A DNA stretch of 64,000 nt, from positions 65,343 through 129,342 of the forward strand of contig CAZHIA010000006.1 in NCBI GenBank assembly GCA_964532425.1, in the 5' to 3' direction. The position numbers were made by a program, and so were the translations under genes. This DNA is from an uncultured Candidatus Saccharibacteria bacterium. GTDB lineage: Bacteria > Patescibacteriota > Doudnabacteria > UBA920. Under the pieces are notes generated by a model, which did no database searches, had not been told where the DNA came from, and worked only from the letters and a program-made list of their open reading frames with translations. Shown here one piece after another: positions 1-9,126 of this stretch (positions within the stretch are counted from its first letter, which is position 1; every line of letters starts with the position of its first letter).

Positions 1-322
1 CGGCCCGATTCGACTGCATTACCCCTCCTTCCCGCCTCACCGCGTAGGCTGCTGATACCAGTACGTTCTGATTCGTAGCGCAGCTTTGCCCTATTCGGTC
101 GGATACCGTTGCATCAAGGGAGTGTCCTCAGCCCTCGCAACTCATCGACGACCTCACAGGATGCACCAGCGTGAGTTTGACTTGTGATATAGTATACTAT
201 ATACAAGGATAATTTGGCAAGCCCTGGTATATGAGTGAGCACCAATAAGGCTTGTTTTAAAGCAAATATTAAGCGTGAGATTGAGCCTTCCAAGCCGGAA
301 GGTATTTTGGTATAGTCTTAAT

Positions 323-1714
323 ATGCTACCACAGATTAAAAAGTCTCATAAGCCAGTCTACTTAGACCACGCTGCAGCTACCCCATTGGACGCCAAGGTA
401 AAAGCCAGTATGGCCCCGTTTTGGGGTGACCGATTCGGGAACCCTTCGGCTTTGTACGGGCAGGGGCGGCAGGCTTCCCATGCTCTGGAAACCGCCCGGA
501 AGACCATTGCCGGCCTGATCGGTGCTCGTTCTGATGAAATTGTGTTTACGGCCGGTGGTACGGAAAGCACAAACCTGGCGATTTTTGGAGTTGCAAACAG
601 CAGCAGACTGGATGACGGAAAACAGCCGCATTTCATAACAACCGCGATTGAGCATCATGCCGTGCTTCGTCCGTTGGAGGCCTTGCAGCGCAGAGGCTGC
701 TCAGTTTCTTATATTGATGTCGATGAATTTGGATTCGTAAAACTCAAACAGCTGAAGGCTGCGGTTAAGCCTGAAACTGTATTGATTTCCATTATGTATG
801 CCAACAACGAAATCGGGACAGTCCAACCGATTGCTGAAATAGGGAAGTGGCTCAGGTCGTTGAATGAGCAGCGCAAAGCGGCAGGACTTCCGGTGATTCT
901 GTTGCATACTGATGCGTGCCAGGCTGCTGGTAGTCTTGATATTCAGGTCAGTCGTCTCGGTGTTGATCTGCTGACTGCCAACGGCAGCAAAATCTATGGA
1001 CCCAAGCAGGTAGGATTCCTCTATGTCAGATCAGGGGTCCGGCTGCAGCCTTTGATATATGGCGGCGGGCAAGAGCGGAACATGCGTTCAGGTACGGAAA
1101 ACGTGCCCGGGGCTGTCGGTCTGGCAGAAGCCCTGCGCCTCGCACAAAAAGAAAGAATGCGAGAAAACCGCCGTTTGCGGAAATTGCGGGATTATTTTCT
1201 GTCCCGCCTGGAACAGCTGGTGCCGAAGATTGCTTTGAATGGCCCGGACGAGCGCGGATTTTCTATCGATGATACCCTGCTTGCCCGAAGCGGCAGTTTT
1301 GAAGATGCAAAAAACGGCGCTACGGTTGGACCGCTGCGCCTCCCGAACAATCTGAATGTCTCCATCCTCGATATCGAAGGAGAAGCAATGCTGCTCTATT
1401 TGGATTCTTACGGCATCTGCGCTTCGACCGGAAGTGCGTGCACTTCGCAATCACTGGACCCGTCACATGTCATACTTGCCATCGGGCGGCCCTATGAGTA
1501 TGCTCATGGCTCGATGCGTTTTACTTTGGGCAGGTCGACGACCAAAGAAGATATAGATTTTGCCCTGAAGGTCATTCCGGGAGTGGTTGCGGAACTGCGG
1601 CGGATCAGTCCCATTAATTTGGACCCTCAAAAGCCAAAGCAGATCTCGGAAGAGCGGGCATTTGTCGGGCAGCGCATGGACAAGTTCAGGAATAAGAAGG
1701 TGAAGAAAAGTTAA
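323..1714 (+). CDS. iscS: cysteine desulfurase (class V aminotransferase, IscS/NifS-like)
   Basis: PLP-lysine context SKIYGPK and active-site loop STGSACTS near the C-terminus. The ORF opens at 275, but Met at 323 (MLPQIKK...) matches the IscS N-terminus (YLDHAAT). There is an internal insertion and a basic C-terminal tail. Confidence 0.85.
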   Translation: MLPQIKKSHKPVYLDHAAATPLDAKVKASMAPFWGDRFGNPSALYGQGRQASHALETARKTIAGLIGARSDEIVFTAGGTESTNLAIFGVANSSRLDDGKQPHFITTAIEHHAVLRPLEALQRRGCSVSYIDVDEFGFVKLKQLKAAVKPETVLISIMYANNEIGTVQPIAEIGKWLRSLNEQRKAAGLPVILLHTDACQAAGSLDIQVSRLGVDLLTANGSKIYGPKQVGFLYVRSGVRLQPLIYGGGQERNMRSGTENVPGAVGLAEALRLAQKERMRENRRLRKLRDYFLSRLEQLVPKIALNGPDERGFSIDDTLLARSGSFEDAKNGATVGPLRLPNNLNVSILDIEGEAMLLYLDSYGICASTGSACTSQSLDPSHVILAIGRPYEYAHGSMRFTLGRSTTKEDIDFALKVIPGVVAELRRISPINLDPQKPKQISEERAFVGQRMDKFRNKKVKKS

Positions 1715-1836
1715 CTGTTGGCGTATGGATGCCATATAGTTTCTTTGCCTTGTCCTGTTTAGTAATACTGAGGCAGAAATTTGCAATACCCAATCCGCTT
1801 CCGCCAGTCGGCAGATGGCGGAATAATTTCGAACAA

Positions 1837-2514
1837 ATGGCAAGCCGCAAAATTATCAACAAAGAGAGATTGAAAAATTCAGATGTCGTCAATCAGTACA
1901 CCGGCGAGACCTGGGTGTATAGCGAGACGGTCAAGGATCATTTTTTTCATCCGCGCAATTTGCTGCTTGAAACTCCGGCGGGAGGTTATTTCGATGCGGA
2001 AGGAATGGTGGGCAGTCCGGCCTGCGGCGACATGATGACTGTGTGGCTGAAGGTGGACCGTGAGGCTGACCGTGTTTTGGAGATGAAATGGAAAACTTTC
2101 GGTTGCGGTAGTGCTATTGCAGCCACCAGCATGTTCAGTGTTATGGTCACCGAGAATGGCGGCATGCTTATCGAAGATGCGCTCGCGATCAAACCCCAGC
2201 ATGTCATGGAGCGGCTGGGTGGTTTGCCGAACCGGAAGATCCACTGCAGTGTTTTGGCTGACAAGGCATTCCGAAAAGCGGTCAACGAATATTTCCGAGC
2301 GACCGGCCAGCACCACCGTATCATTGTCGAAGGATCGCGGATTGTTGACCGGCGTCTGAATATCACGGATAAGGATATTGAGGAAGCCGTCTTAGAAGGC
2401 GCGAAAGATTTGGTTGGGGTGCAACAAAAATTAAAATGCGGAGTAGGGGACCCTGATGCGGTAGTTGAGATTGAACAACTTATCAGGTTCTATACGGAGA
2501 AATATTATGGGTAA
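1837..2514 (+). CDS. NifU/IscU-like Fe-S scaffold protein (N-terminal domain) with C-terminal extension
   Basis: Conserved GSPACGD...FGCGSAIA cysteine motifs of the IscU/NifU N-domain. Start placed at MASRK (ORF opens at 1729). Lies directly downstream of iscS. Confidence 0.8.
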   Translation: MASRKIINKERLKNSDVVNQYTGETWVYSETVKDHFFHPRNLLLETPAGGYFDAEGMVGSPACGDMMTVWLKVDREADRVLEMKWKTFGCGSAIAATSMFSVMVTENGGMLIEDALAIKPQHVMERLGGLPNRKIHCSVLADKAFRKAVNEYFRATGQHHRIIVEGSRIVDRRLNITDKDIEEAVLEGAKDLVGVQQKLKCGVGDPDAVVEIEQLIRFYTEKYYG

Positions 2515-2782
2515 ACGGCGGGCTATTCAGGGCGAACCAAAAGAGATTATGTATTTTTTCATCCAAAATTTTGAGCAGGCCGCCGACGGTGATGAAATGC
2601 TCCGGGAGCGGATCGGGGAAGCCCTGCTCGCAATCGGTGTGAAGATACTGGAGTATGATACTACCGGGGGCAGCCTTGGTATCATTAACGAGTCCGAGAG
2701 GGAAGGGACTGTGGCAGACGTGTATAAGATATTCGACAGCCTCGGTCTGCAATCCCGCTATTTGAGGTCTGAATTCGTATGA
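2507..2782 (+). CDS. hypothetical protein in Fe-S operon
   Basis: ATG at 2507 overlaps the nifU-like stop (ATGGGTAA), which suggests translational coupling. No recognisable motif. Confidence 0.45.
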   Translation: MGKRRAIQGEPKEIMYFFIQNFEQAADGDEMLRERIGEALLAIGVKILEYDTTGGSLGIINESEREGTVADVYKIFDSLGLQSRYLRSEFV

Positions 2783-3036
2783 AGAAAAATATTGTTGATC
2801 AACAAGTTGCTGACATCGTACATGAACTGTTTGCGGAATTCGAACCAGTATTCAAAGCCCATGGCGGTGGAGCGGAATTGCTCGCTGCCAGTCCGCGTTC
2901 GATAACTCTTCACTTGAAAGGCCATTGCGCTGGATGCGCTTTGGCTCCGTTGACTTTTGGTCTTGGACTTGAGAAAGCATTGAGAGAAAAAATCCCGACT
3001 CTTAAGGAAGTCAGGTACGCTTCGCTGGAAGGCTAG
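2779..3036 (+). CDS. Nfu/NifU C-terminal domain protein (Fe-S cluster carrier)
   Basis: CxxC motif (GHCAGCALAP) in an 85-aa protein typical of the Nfu domain. ATGA start/stop overlap with the upstream ORF. Confidence 0.7.
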   Translation: MKKNIVDQQVADIVHELFAEFEPVFKAHGGGAELLAASPRSITLHLKGHCAGCALAPLTFGLGLEKALREKIPTLKEVRYASLEG

Positions 3037-3140
3037 TGAATTGTTGTTCTTTGAATAATAAGCCGGCCATTGTGTTTAAAAAGTATCATAATATAAGTCA
3101 CATTTAATATATTATAATTATCATTTAATCATAAGCGACC

Positions 3141-3419
3141 ATGGGAGCAAAGTATAAATACATAAAAATTGACCGCGAGCTTTGTATTGGCGCAGCAAGC
3201 TGCGTGGCAGTATACCCGGAAATCTTTCAGCTCGATGCAGAGAACAAGGCTATACTGTTAAAGAATGACGGCCGTCATACGTCTGAACAAACGCAAGTGG
3301 ATGTTTTGTCTTGTCAGAGCGTTGATGATGATCAATTGCTGCTTGCCGCACAGAGTTGTCCCACAGCCGCAATATTTCTCTATGGTGCTGATGGAACGCA
3401 GCTTTATCCGGAAATGTAA
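3141..3419 (+). CDS. small ferredoxin (single Fe-S cluster)
   Basis: CIGAASC ... SCP cysteine spacing in 92 aa. Confidence 0.65.
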   Translation: MGAKYKYIKIDRELCIGAASCVAVYPEIFQLDAENKAILLKNDGRHTSEQTQVDVLSCQSVDDDQLLLAAQSCPTAAIFLYGADGTQLYPEM

Positions 3420-3429
3420 TGATATACGT

Positions 3430-3696
3430 ATGGTCAATGATAACCTTGTCCATCCATTTGAAGACGAGTTTGCGGGGGAGGGGGAACGCTATATCGAGAA
3501 GTATCAGGAAGAGCTGTTTAAGCAGTCCGAGCCGTCTCCTGAACTACTGGAGTCGCTAAAAACTCAAGATCACAAAACGCTCAGGCGTTTGCGGAATGTA
3601 TTGCTGGAAGTTTTAGAAAATAACACTGACACGCCGGAGAAGTATCAGCGTTCTATTGATGCGATTAATGAAATTTTAGAATCATCGGCCAATTAG
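3430..3696 (+). CDS. hypothetical protein
   Basis: Start moved to the Met after the ferredoxin stop (ORF opens at 3265, overlapping). Acidic protein with no recognisable motif. Confidence 0.4.
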   Translation: MVNDNLVHPFEDEFAGEGERYIEKYQEELFKQSEPSPELLESLKTQDHKTLRRLRNVLLEVLENNTDTPEKYQRSIDAINEILESSAN

Positions 3697-3840
3697 ATTT
3701 TGCTATTAAATGTTATAGGGAGCTGTGGACAATTTTCTACCCATCGCGTCGCGCAATGTATCTTGGACGACATGGAATAGATTAAAATTCGCTTATTTCG
3801 TTCCTATGCCAGTCTTGTCTAGTTTTGTTAAGTTAGCTTT

Positions 3841-3866
3841 ATCCTGCCCTGCGGCAGGATTTTTTG
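3841..3866 (+). terminator. rho-independent terminator
   Basis: ATCCTGCC-ctgc-GGCAGGAT stem followed by TTTTTTG. Confidence 0.6.
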
Positions 3867-4242
3867 TTTGATGGCTCAGTTCCAAAACCGATCACGCCTC
3901 TCTATTAGTTTAAACGCATTTGTTCTCTAGTTGGAATATTCTGTTTTTTTATTAATATTTTTATAAGATAAATACGTTGTTAATAAAAAGTATATGTATT
4001 TATCCTGGGATATTGAATGGTACCAGTCTTAGCCTTGGGATGATACCGTTATAGATATATTGTCTTACTACATGTCATTCATTATTTTCATATGCTAGGT
4101 TGATTTAGGTCACTGGAAGTTTGGATGAGTAGGTGCATTAAAAAATTTGTGCTGACTCCCCTCGTACCAGTAGCTGTTTGAACCGATGATTCTGATTTAG
4201 CTGACTAGGGTTTGTTGGCACGACATTAAGACTGCTCAATGA

Positions 4243-4266
4243 ATATACTTGATTAATCAAGTATAT
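4243..4266. promoter_or_regulatory. perfect 24-bp palindrome (candidate operator) upstream of SDR gene
   Basis: ATATACTTGATTAATCAAGTATAT. TTGTCC-N17-TATACT promoter-like hexamers lie downstream at about 4290-4320. Confidence 0.4.
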
Positions 4267-4348
4267 AGACGCGAGTTGCTTAAGATCGTCTTGTCCCAGG
4301 AATATAAAAAGCGGTATACTATAACAAAGGAAATTAAAAGTATCTATC

Positions 4349-5038
4349 ATGGAACTTAGAGACAAGGTAGTGGCGATCACCGGATCATCGACTGGACTCG
4401 GGTGGGCGCTGGCCAGAAGTTTTGCAGCCGAAGGTGCCAAGGTTGTTTTGAATTCATTTGAGCGGGACAGTTTGCCTGAACTTGCCGAGACAATTAATGC
4501 GAAATATTTTGTCGCTGATGTAACCAATGAACAAAGCCTGCATGACATGGCAGAATATGCAGTAAAGGAATTCGGCAGGCTGGATATCTGGGTGAACAAT
4601 GCCGGCATCTGGCTTCCCTACTCCCCTTTTGAGGAAGTTCAAGTTCAGCGGTTGGAACAATTGATGGCAGTAAATTTTTACGGGACATGGCACGGATGCA
4701 AAGCTGCCGCATCAGTATTTAGGCAACAAGGTACCGGTTGTCTGCTCAACATCTTGTCCATCCGTCCGCTCGAACCGCGGGCAGGCTCCTCGGCTTACAG
4801 CGCCAGCAAGGCTGCAGCGATTGCCCTGACCAAAACATTGCGATTGGAATTGAAGGATGCCGGCATCAGCGTGTGCGGTGTCTATCCGTCAGGCATGAAA
4901 ACAAATCTCTTCGATGAAGAGAAACCGGACGACATGGAGACCTATATGGAACCAGCAGATGTTGCAGGGTTGATTGTCGATAATTTAATGACCGAACATC
5001 CGCAGGAAGACCTGGTCATCAAATCGCCGAATGATTAG
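4349..5038 (+). CDS. short-chain dehydrogenase/reductase (SDR)
   Basis: TGSSTGLG cofactor motif and YSASK catalytic motif. Confidence 0.85.
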   Translation: MELRDKVVAITGSSTGLGWALARSFAAEGAKVVLNSFERDSLPELAETINAKYFVADVTNEQSLHDMAEYAVKEFGRLDIWVNNAGIWLPYSPFEEVQVQRLEQLMAVNFYGTWHGCKAAASVFRQQGTGCLLNILSIRPLEPRAGSSAYSASKAAAIALTKTLRLELKDAGISVCGVYPSGMKTNLFDEEKPDDMETYMEPADVAGLIVDNLMTEHPQEDLVIKSPND

Positions 5039-5070
5039 CATGCTTCGTTAACAATTTTAGAAATAAAAAA

Positions 5071-5095
5071 ATTCCGCCACAGCGGAATTTTTTTA
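5071..5095. terminator. bidirectional intrinsic terminator
   Basis: ATTCCGC-caca-GCGGAAT flanked by an A-run upstream and a T-run downstream. Serves convergent genes. Confidence 0.7.
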
Positions 5096-5107
5096 TTCAA
5101 TTGTATT

Positions 5108-6160
5108 TTACCATTTGGCATGAATGTGGTAACCGGACTGGCCGAAACAACGGCTATCGCTGTCATTTGATCCGGTCAGGACCAAAAATACGTGGCTACC
5201 ATTTAAATTACATTCGAGAGCGACTTGTGACGCACCATTGCTTCGCAGACTTTGGGCAAGGCTCGTTTGTGACTGGGCATTAGCCGGCTGTGGGGCCAGG
5301 TCAACCGCGCGGCCTTGATAATGAGGATCGCTCGCGCTCGAATGGTGGCCACCGGTCATGGATGTGATCATAAACGAATTACCGGAATTAGCCGCGGCCA
5401 GTAACGCGCCAAGCATGGTGCTGTTTACATCGGTCTTTCCCGCGCCGCAGGTAGTACCAGGACCGTCGAATGTAGCTTTTTGGCCTTGCGCAATGGCATT
5501 CAAAGTCGCGTTCGGGCAGTTGCCGGCACAATCGCAGCTGCTGCTATTGATGCTGATGTGGGAATTCGAAATAATTTGCTGGGCAAGTTGAGCGGAAGTT
5601 CTGGTGGGAGGCGGTTGGACCGCCGTACAGGTGTTGCCGCAGGTCGGCTCGGTGAAAGTGCCGTTGGTGTCGTCCCTTGTGCAATCGTTGTTCACGCAGA
5701 GATATTTTGCTTGCGTTACCGGCGGGGTGGTACTTGGCCCGAGTCCTTCTGGCTGAATGTTCTTAAACTCCACCAGCTGCGGATTTAAAGCCTGCAGGAA
5801 CACGTAGCCGAGCAGTAAGATGACCAGGGAGGCAATGGAAGACGTGATCCAGCCCTTGGCTTTGGTAACTGCTTCGCCGTTGCCCCCGGCTGACATGTAC
5901 ATGTAGCCGGCGATCATGATCATGAACATGCCGACGATGCCGGCAACCACGATGGCAAAGCGGTAGAGCTTATTGATGCAGTTGTAAATATCTTGTCCCC
6001 CGCCATTGCCGTTCTGAGATGGCGTACACAGATAGGTGGAGATGCTGCTCTCGACGCCACTGTAGCTGCTGGCTGAAGTGGCAGCCAGGGCCGGCTGGAC
6101 ATAGCCAAAACACAGCTCAAGGAGCAGGAAACATCCGAAAATTGTGCGGCGGACGTTCAT
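5108..6160 (-). CDS. secreted modular protein: signal peptide + two-TM pilin-like module + PT-rich linker + LAS/M15-type zinc peptidase-like domain
   Basis: N-terminal signal peptide. Two hydrophobic helices split by SAGGNGEAVTKAKGW. C-terminal SDPHYQGRAVDL (SxHxxGxAxD) plus GYHIH (HxH), the LAS zinc-hydrolase signature. Confidence 0.6.
   Translation of the reverse strand: MNVRRTIFGCFLLLELCFGYVQPALAATSASSYSGVESSISTYLCTPSQNGNGGGQDIYNCINKLYRFAIVVAGIVGMFMIMIAGYMYMSAGGNGEAVTKAKGWITSSIASLVILLLGYVFLQALNPQLVEFKNIQPEGLGPSTTPPVTQAKYLCVNNDCTRDDTNGTFTEPTCGNTCTAVQPPPTRTSAQLAQQIISNSHISINSSSCDCAGNCPNATLNAIAQGQKATFDGPGTTCGAGKTDVNSTMLGALLAAANSGNSFMITSMTGGHHSSASDPHYQGRAVDLAPQPANAQSQTSLAQSLRSNGASQVALECNLNGSHVFLVLTGSNDSDSRCFGQSGYHIHAKW
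5763..6129. repeat. 367-bp direct repeat, copy 1 (100 % identical to 7318..7684)
   Basis: Compared by eye. Covers the shared N-terminal coding module of the two paralogs. Confidence 0.85.
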
Positions 6161-6166
6161 TGTAGT

Positions 6167-6625
6167 TTAAGGTAATTGTGTGCTGCCCGCGCAGAAGCTT
6201 AAGCCGAGCTCTTTGCCTGAGTAAGCGCCGTCTACATCGCCAGGCACGCGCACGGAAACATTGAGTTGGCAGGCTTGCTGTTGTGAAATGCCAAGCTGTT
6301 TCAGTAAGTCGTTTTCAGCCAGGTTACGCGCTTGCCCGAGCGGCGGGCTCAGGAGAGTGATCAAGAACGACTGGTCTTTGAAAAAATAAACAAGCTTATA
6401 AGATGCGGATGTATTGATTACGGCAACATCATTGGTTTTTTGAACCGCTTTCTGGGTAAAATCGTTCACTTGCAGCGGGAGGTTGCCCTGGCGGGTCTGC
6501 ACGGCAGTTTTCCCGGCTGGGATAGGCTCCGGCTTGTTCTTGTTCTTGGCCGCGGCGCCGAGCAATGCCAGCACAACGATGCAGCACACTATAAGAATAG
6601 AGCAGATGATGAGAATTTTTTTCAT
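6167..6625 (-). CDS. hypothetical signal-anchored small protein
   Basis: N-terminal hydrophobic segment. Lies between the two paralogous hydrolase genes. Confidence 0.5.
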   Translation of the reverse strand: MKKILIICSILIVCCIVVLALLGAAAKNKNKPEPIPAGKTAVQTRQGNLPLQVNDFTQKAVQKTNDVAVINTSASYKLVYFFKDQSFLITLLSPPLGQARNLAENDLLKQLGISQQQACQLNVSVRVPGDVDGAYSGKELGLSFCAGSTQLP

Positions 6626-6680
6626 ACATGTGCAGGTTGGTGCCCTGCCAGGTTATTGATGAAATAGCTATGGTAACATG

Positions 6681-7727
6681 TTAACGCAAACCGCATTTGT
6701 TGGCGGAATATGCCCACATGTTCCAGTTCGCTCCATTGCCGGAGATCTTGCAGGAATAATTTATGTTGTTCGCTGCATCGGTAATGTAAGAAACGCATGC
6801 GTTGTATTTATTCTGGTCAATGACTTGGCAGTCATACTGTATACAAATGTTGTTTGAAGACTTTCGCAAGCACGTACCTTGCATGCCGGTTCCGTTTACT
6901 TGAATAAAAGACCGCGGGTTGGTGCATGGTCCGCCGATATTGCTGCCATTGGCAATGATATTGACCTGGAATAAGCCCATACTAAAGACACTACCGTCTT
7001 TGCAGACATCGGTCTGGCTTTTTTTGGTCGGATCGCCGCCGCTCTCTATGCCAGCAATCATGGAAGCCGCGGTGGCATTCTGCCCAAAACAGGTGGATTG
7101 TAAATTTGCTACGGAGCCGACTCCATTGTTTAAAACACTGCACTGCCCATTGCCCACCGCCCCGCCTGGGGTGGTTCCACCGGGGGCTGTCCCGCCCGGA
7201 GTCGTGCCTCCCGGAGTAGTTCCTCCAGGGGTGGTCCCGCCAGGGGTTGTACCCCCTGGGGTGGTTCCTCCTGGCTGCGAAACGGACGAGCTGGAGAATC
7301 CTTCAGGCTGCAGGGATTTAAACTCCACCAGCTGCGGATTTAAAGCCTGCAGGAACACGTAGCCGAGCAGTAAGATGACCAGGGAGGCAATGGAAGACGT
7401 GATCCAGCCCTTGGCTTTGGTAACTGCTTCGCCGTTGCCCCCGGCTGACATGTACATGTAGCCGGCGATCATGATCATGAACATGCCGACGATGCCGGCA
7501 ACCACGATGGCAAAGCGGTAGAGCTTATTGATGCAGTTGTAAATATCTTGTCCCCCGCCATTGCCGTTCTGAGATGGCGTACACAGATAGGTGGAGATGC
7601 TGCTCTCGACGCCACTGTAGCTGCTGGCTGAAGTGGCAGCCAGGGCCGGCTGGACATAGCCAAAACACAGCTCAAGGAGCAGGAGGAGGGAAAGAATGGA
7701 TTGGAAAATTTTGTTTTTGATACCCAT
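6681..7727 (-). CDS. secreted modular protein: same pilin-like N-module + (GGTTP)n linker + lytic transglycosylase (SLT)-like domain
   Basis: N-terminal 120 aa identical to 5108..6160. Seven GGTTP repeats. AGIESGGDP (Glu-Ser catalytic motif) and MGLFQVN (GLMQ-like), the SLT/lysozyme-like signatures. Confidence 0.6.
   Translation of the reverse strand: MGIKNKIFQSILSLLLLLELCFGYVQPALAATSASSYSGVESSISTYLCTPSQNGNGGGQDIYNCINKLYRFAIVVAGIVGMFMIMIAGYMYMSAGGNGEAVTKAKGWITSSIASLVILLLGYVFLQALNPQLVEFKSLQPEGFSSSSVSQPGGTTPGGTTPGGTTPGGTTPGGTTPGGTAPGGTTPGGAVGNGQCSVLNNGVGSVANLQSTCFGQNATAASMIAGIESGGDPTKKSQTDVCKDGSVFSMGLFQVNIIANGSNIGGPCTNPRSFIQVNGTGMQGTCLRKSSNNICIQYDCQVIDQNKYNACVSYITDAANNINYSCKISGNGANWNMWAYSANKCGLR
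7318..7684. repeat. 367-bp direct repeat, copy 2
   Basis: Identical to 5763..6129. Confidence 0.85.
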
Positions 7728-7731
7728 AAAG

Positions 7732-9021
7732 TTATTGGGAACCTAAAAAGCTCATCGGGTTATAGGTATATCCGTATGGGACTTTATAAGGCCCGTAGAT
7801 TTTCGTGTATGCGCCGGTGTTGACCCCAAATCCTTCCGCATCATAGACGCCGAAGTGAATATGATAGCCGCGTTCCGGCCCGTATAACTTTTTGGTCGTA
7901 TTGCCTGTATTGCCTTCATAGCCAATGAGGTCGCCCTGTTTGACCTCCTGTCCGGCGCTGACAATGAACCGGCGCATATGCGCATACAAGGTGACAATCT
8001 TGGTCCCGTTGATGTCGTGTTTGACGGCAACCCAGTTGCCGTATTGGGTATCCGAATGATCCGTATCGTATACAATGCCGTCTGCTGCCGCGTAAATTGG
8101 CGTAGCGGCCGGGGCTGCCACGTCGACGCCATTGTGGGAATTATAGCCAAGCGCTGTAAATCCGGTGTTGCCGTAACCTTGCGTCAAAACGCCGTCCATA
8201 GGCCACGCGAGCATTCCCTTGCTGGCCTTAATGCTGCGGTTGCCGAGTTTGGCGCGGATCTTTGAGTCCAAATCATTAACTTCTTTCTGCAGGTCAGCTT
8301 CTTCCTTTTGGCTGCTGGCGAGCAGTTTCTGGTAGTTCTTTTCGAGCCCCCGGGTCTGGTTCAAAAGTTGCTGCTTCTGGTTGCGCTGCTGTTGCAAGTC
8401 GTCCTGGGTCATTTGAAGCTGTTTTTGCAGTTCAGTCAGCTTGTCGCGCTGGACTTCGAGATTATGTTCTTCCTGTTCAAGCTTTGCTTTCAAGTCTTTG
8501 ATTTTTTGGACCAGTTGATAGACCTTGTCTTGGACATTGTTCGTATACTGGATTTGGTCCAGGAAATCGGACAAGCTGTCGCTGCCAATGGTCGTCTTTA
8601 ACGCATACTGGTCGTCGTATTCGTTGAGCTGGACAATAAGCTGGGCCAGGATCTGACGGTTGTCTGCGATCTCTTTGGTCTTTTGGTCGATGAGCTTGTT
8701 GGTTTCCTGGATCTGTAAATTGGTGTCGTCGATCTGCGTCTGTTTGGCTTGAATCTGCAGCTCAGTGGATGCGATTTGGGTATCGTAAATTAGCACTTCA
8801 TTCTTAAGGGTTGAAGCTTTGCTTTGCGTATCCGCGATCTGCCGCTGGTAGGATTTGATCTGCTTGTTCAGATCCTCAATCTTTTTTTGCTTATCCTGCC
8901 TCTGTAAATTCAAAACATCCGTCTCGTTATCAGCCAAAATGCGCGCTGTGGGAAGCCAAAGCGCAAGAATCATAGCCGCTGCAACGGCTGTTTTTATTTT
9001 TGTATCAAACCTGGATTTCAT
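7732..9021 (-). CDS. M23 family peptidase with long N-terminal coiled-coil (EnvC-like architecture)
   Basis: HNGVDVAA (HxxxD) and GYHIHFGVYD (HxH) zinc motifs. About 250 aa of heptad-rich Q/K/E-rich sequence. Signal/anchor at the N-terminus. Confidence 0.8.
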   Translation of the reverse strand: MKSRFDTKIKTAVAAAMILALWLPTARILADNETDVLNLQRQDKQKKIEDLNKQIKSYQRQIADTQSKASTLKNEVLIYDTQIASTELQIQAKQTQIDDTNLQIQETNKLIDQKTKEIADNRQILAQLIVQLNEYDDQYALKTTIGSDSLSDFLDQIQYTNNVQDKVYQLVQKIKDLKAKLEQEEHNLEVQRDKLTELQKQLQMTQDDLQQQRNQKQQLLNQTRGLEKNYQKLLASSQKEEADLQKEVNDLDSKIRAKLGNRSIKASKGMLAWPMDGVLTQGYGNTGFTALGYNSHNGVDVAAPAATPIYAAADGIVYDTDHSDTQYGNWVAVKHDINGTKIVTLYAHMRRFIVSAGQEVKQGDLIGYEGNTGNTTKKLYGPERGYHIHFGVYDAEGFGVNTGAYTKIYGPYKVPYGYTYNPMSFLGSQ

Positions 9022-9126
9022 TGCTGCTATTATAGCATATTTTATGGTTTATTGACAAATATGGAAAAATATGTTAATATTTGGTGTTTAGGGTGCAATT
9101 TACAGAAAGTGAGAATTGGAGGGGTC

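Noticed and set aside
6919-7362. A 147-aa + strand ORF with PPGVV repeats and other ORFs antisense to the hydrolase paralogs (5358..5788, 5920..6120, 7475..7675).
   Set aside because: These are mirror translations of the (GGTTP)n linker and the shared N-module on the opposite strand. The minus-strand genes have signal peptides and catalytic motifs, while the antisense frames have none.
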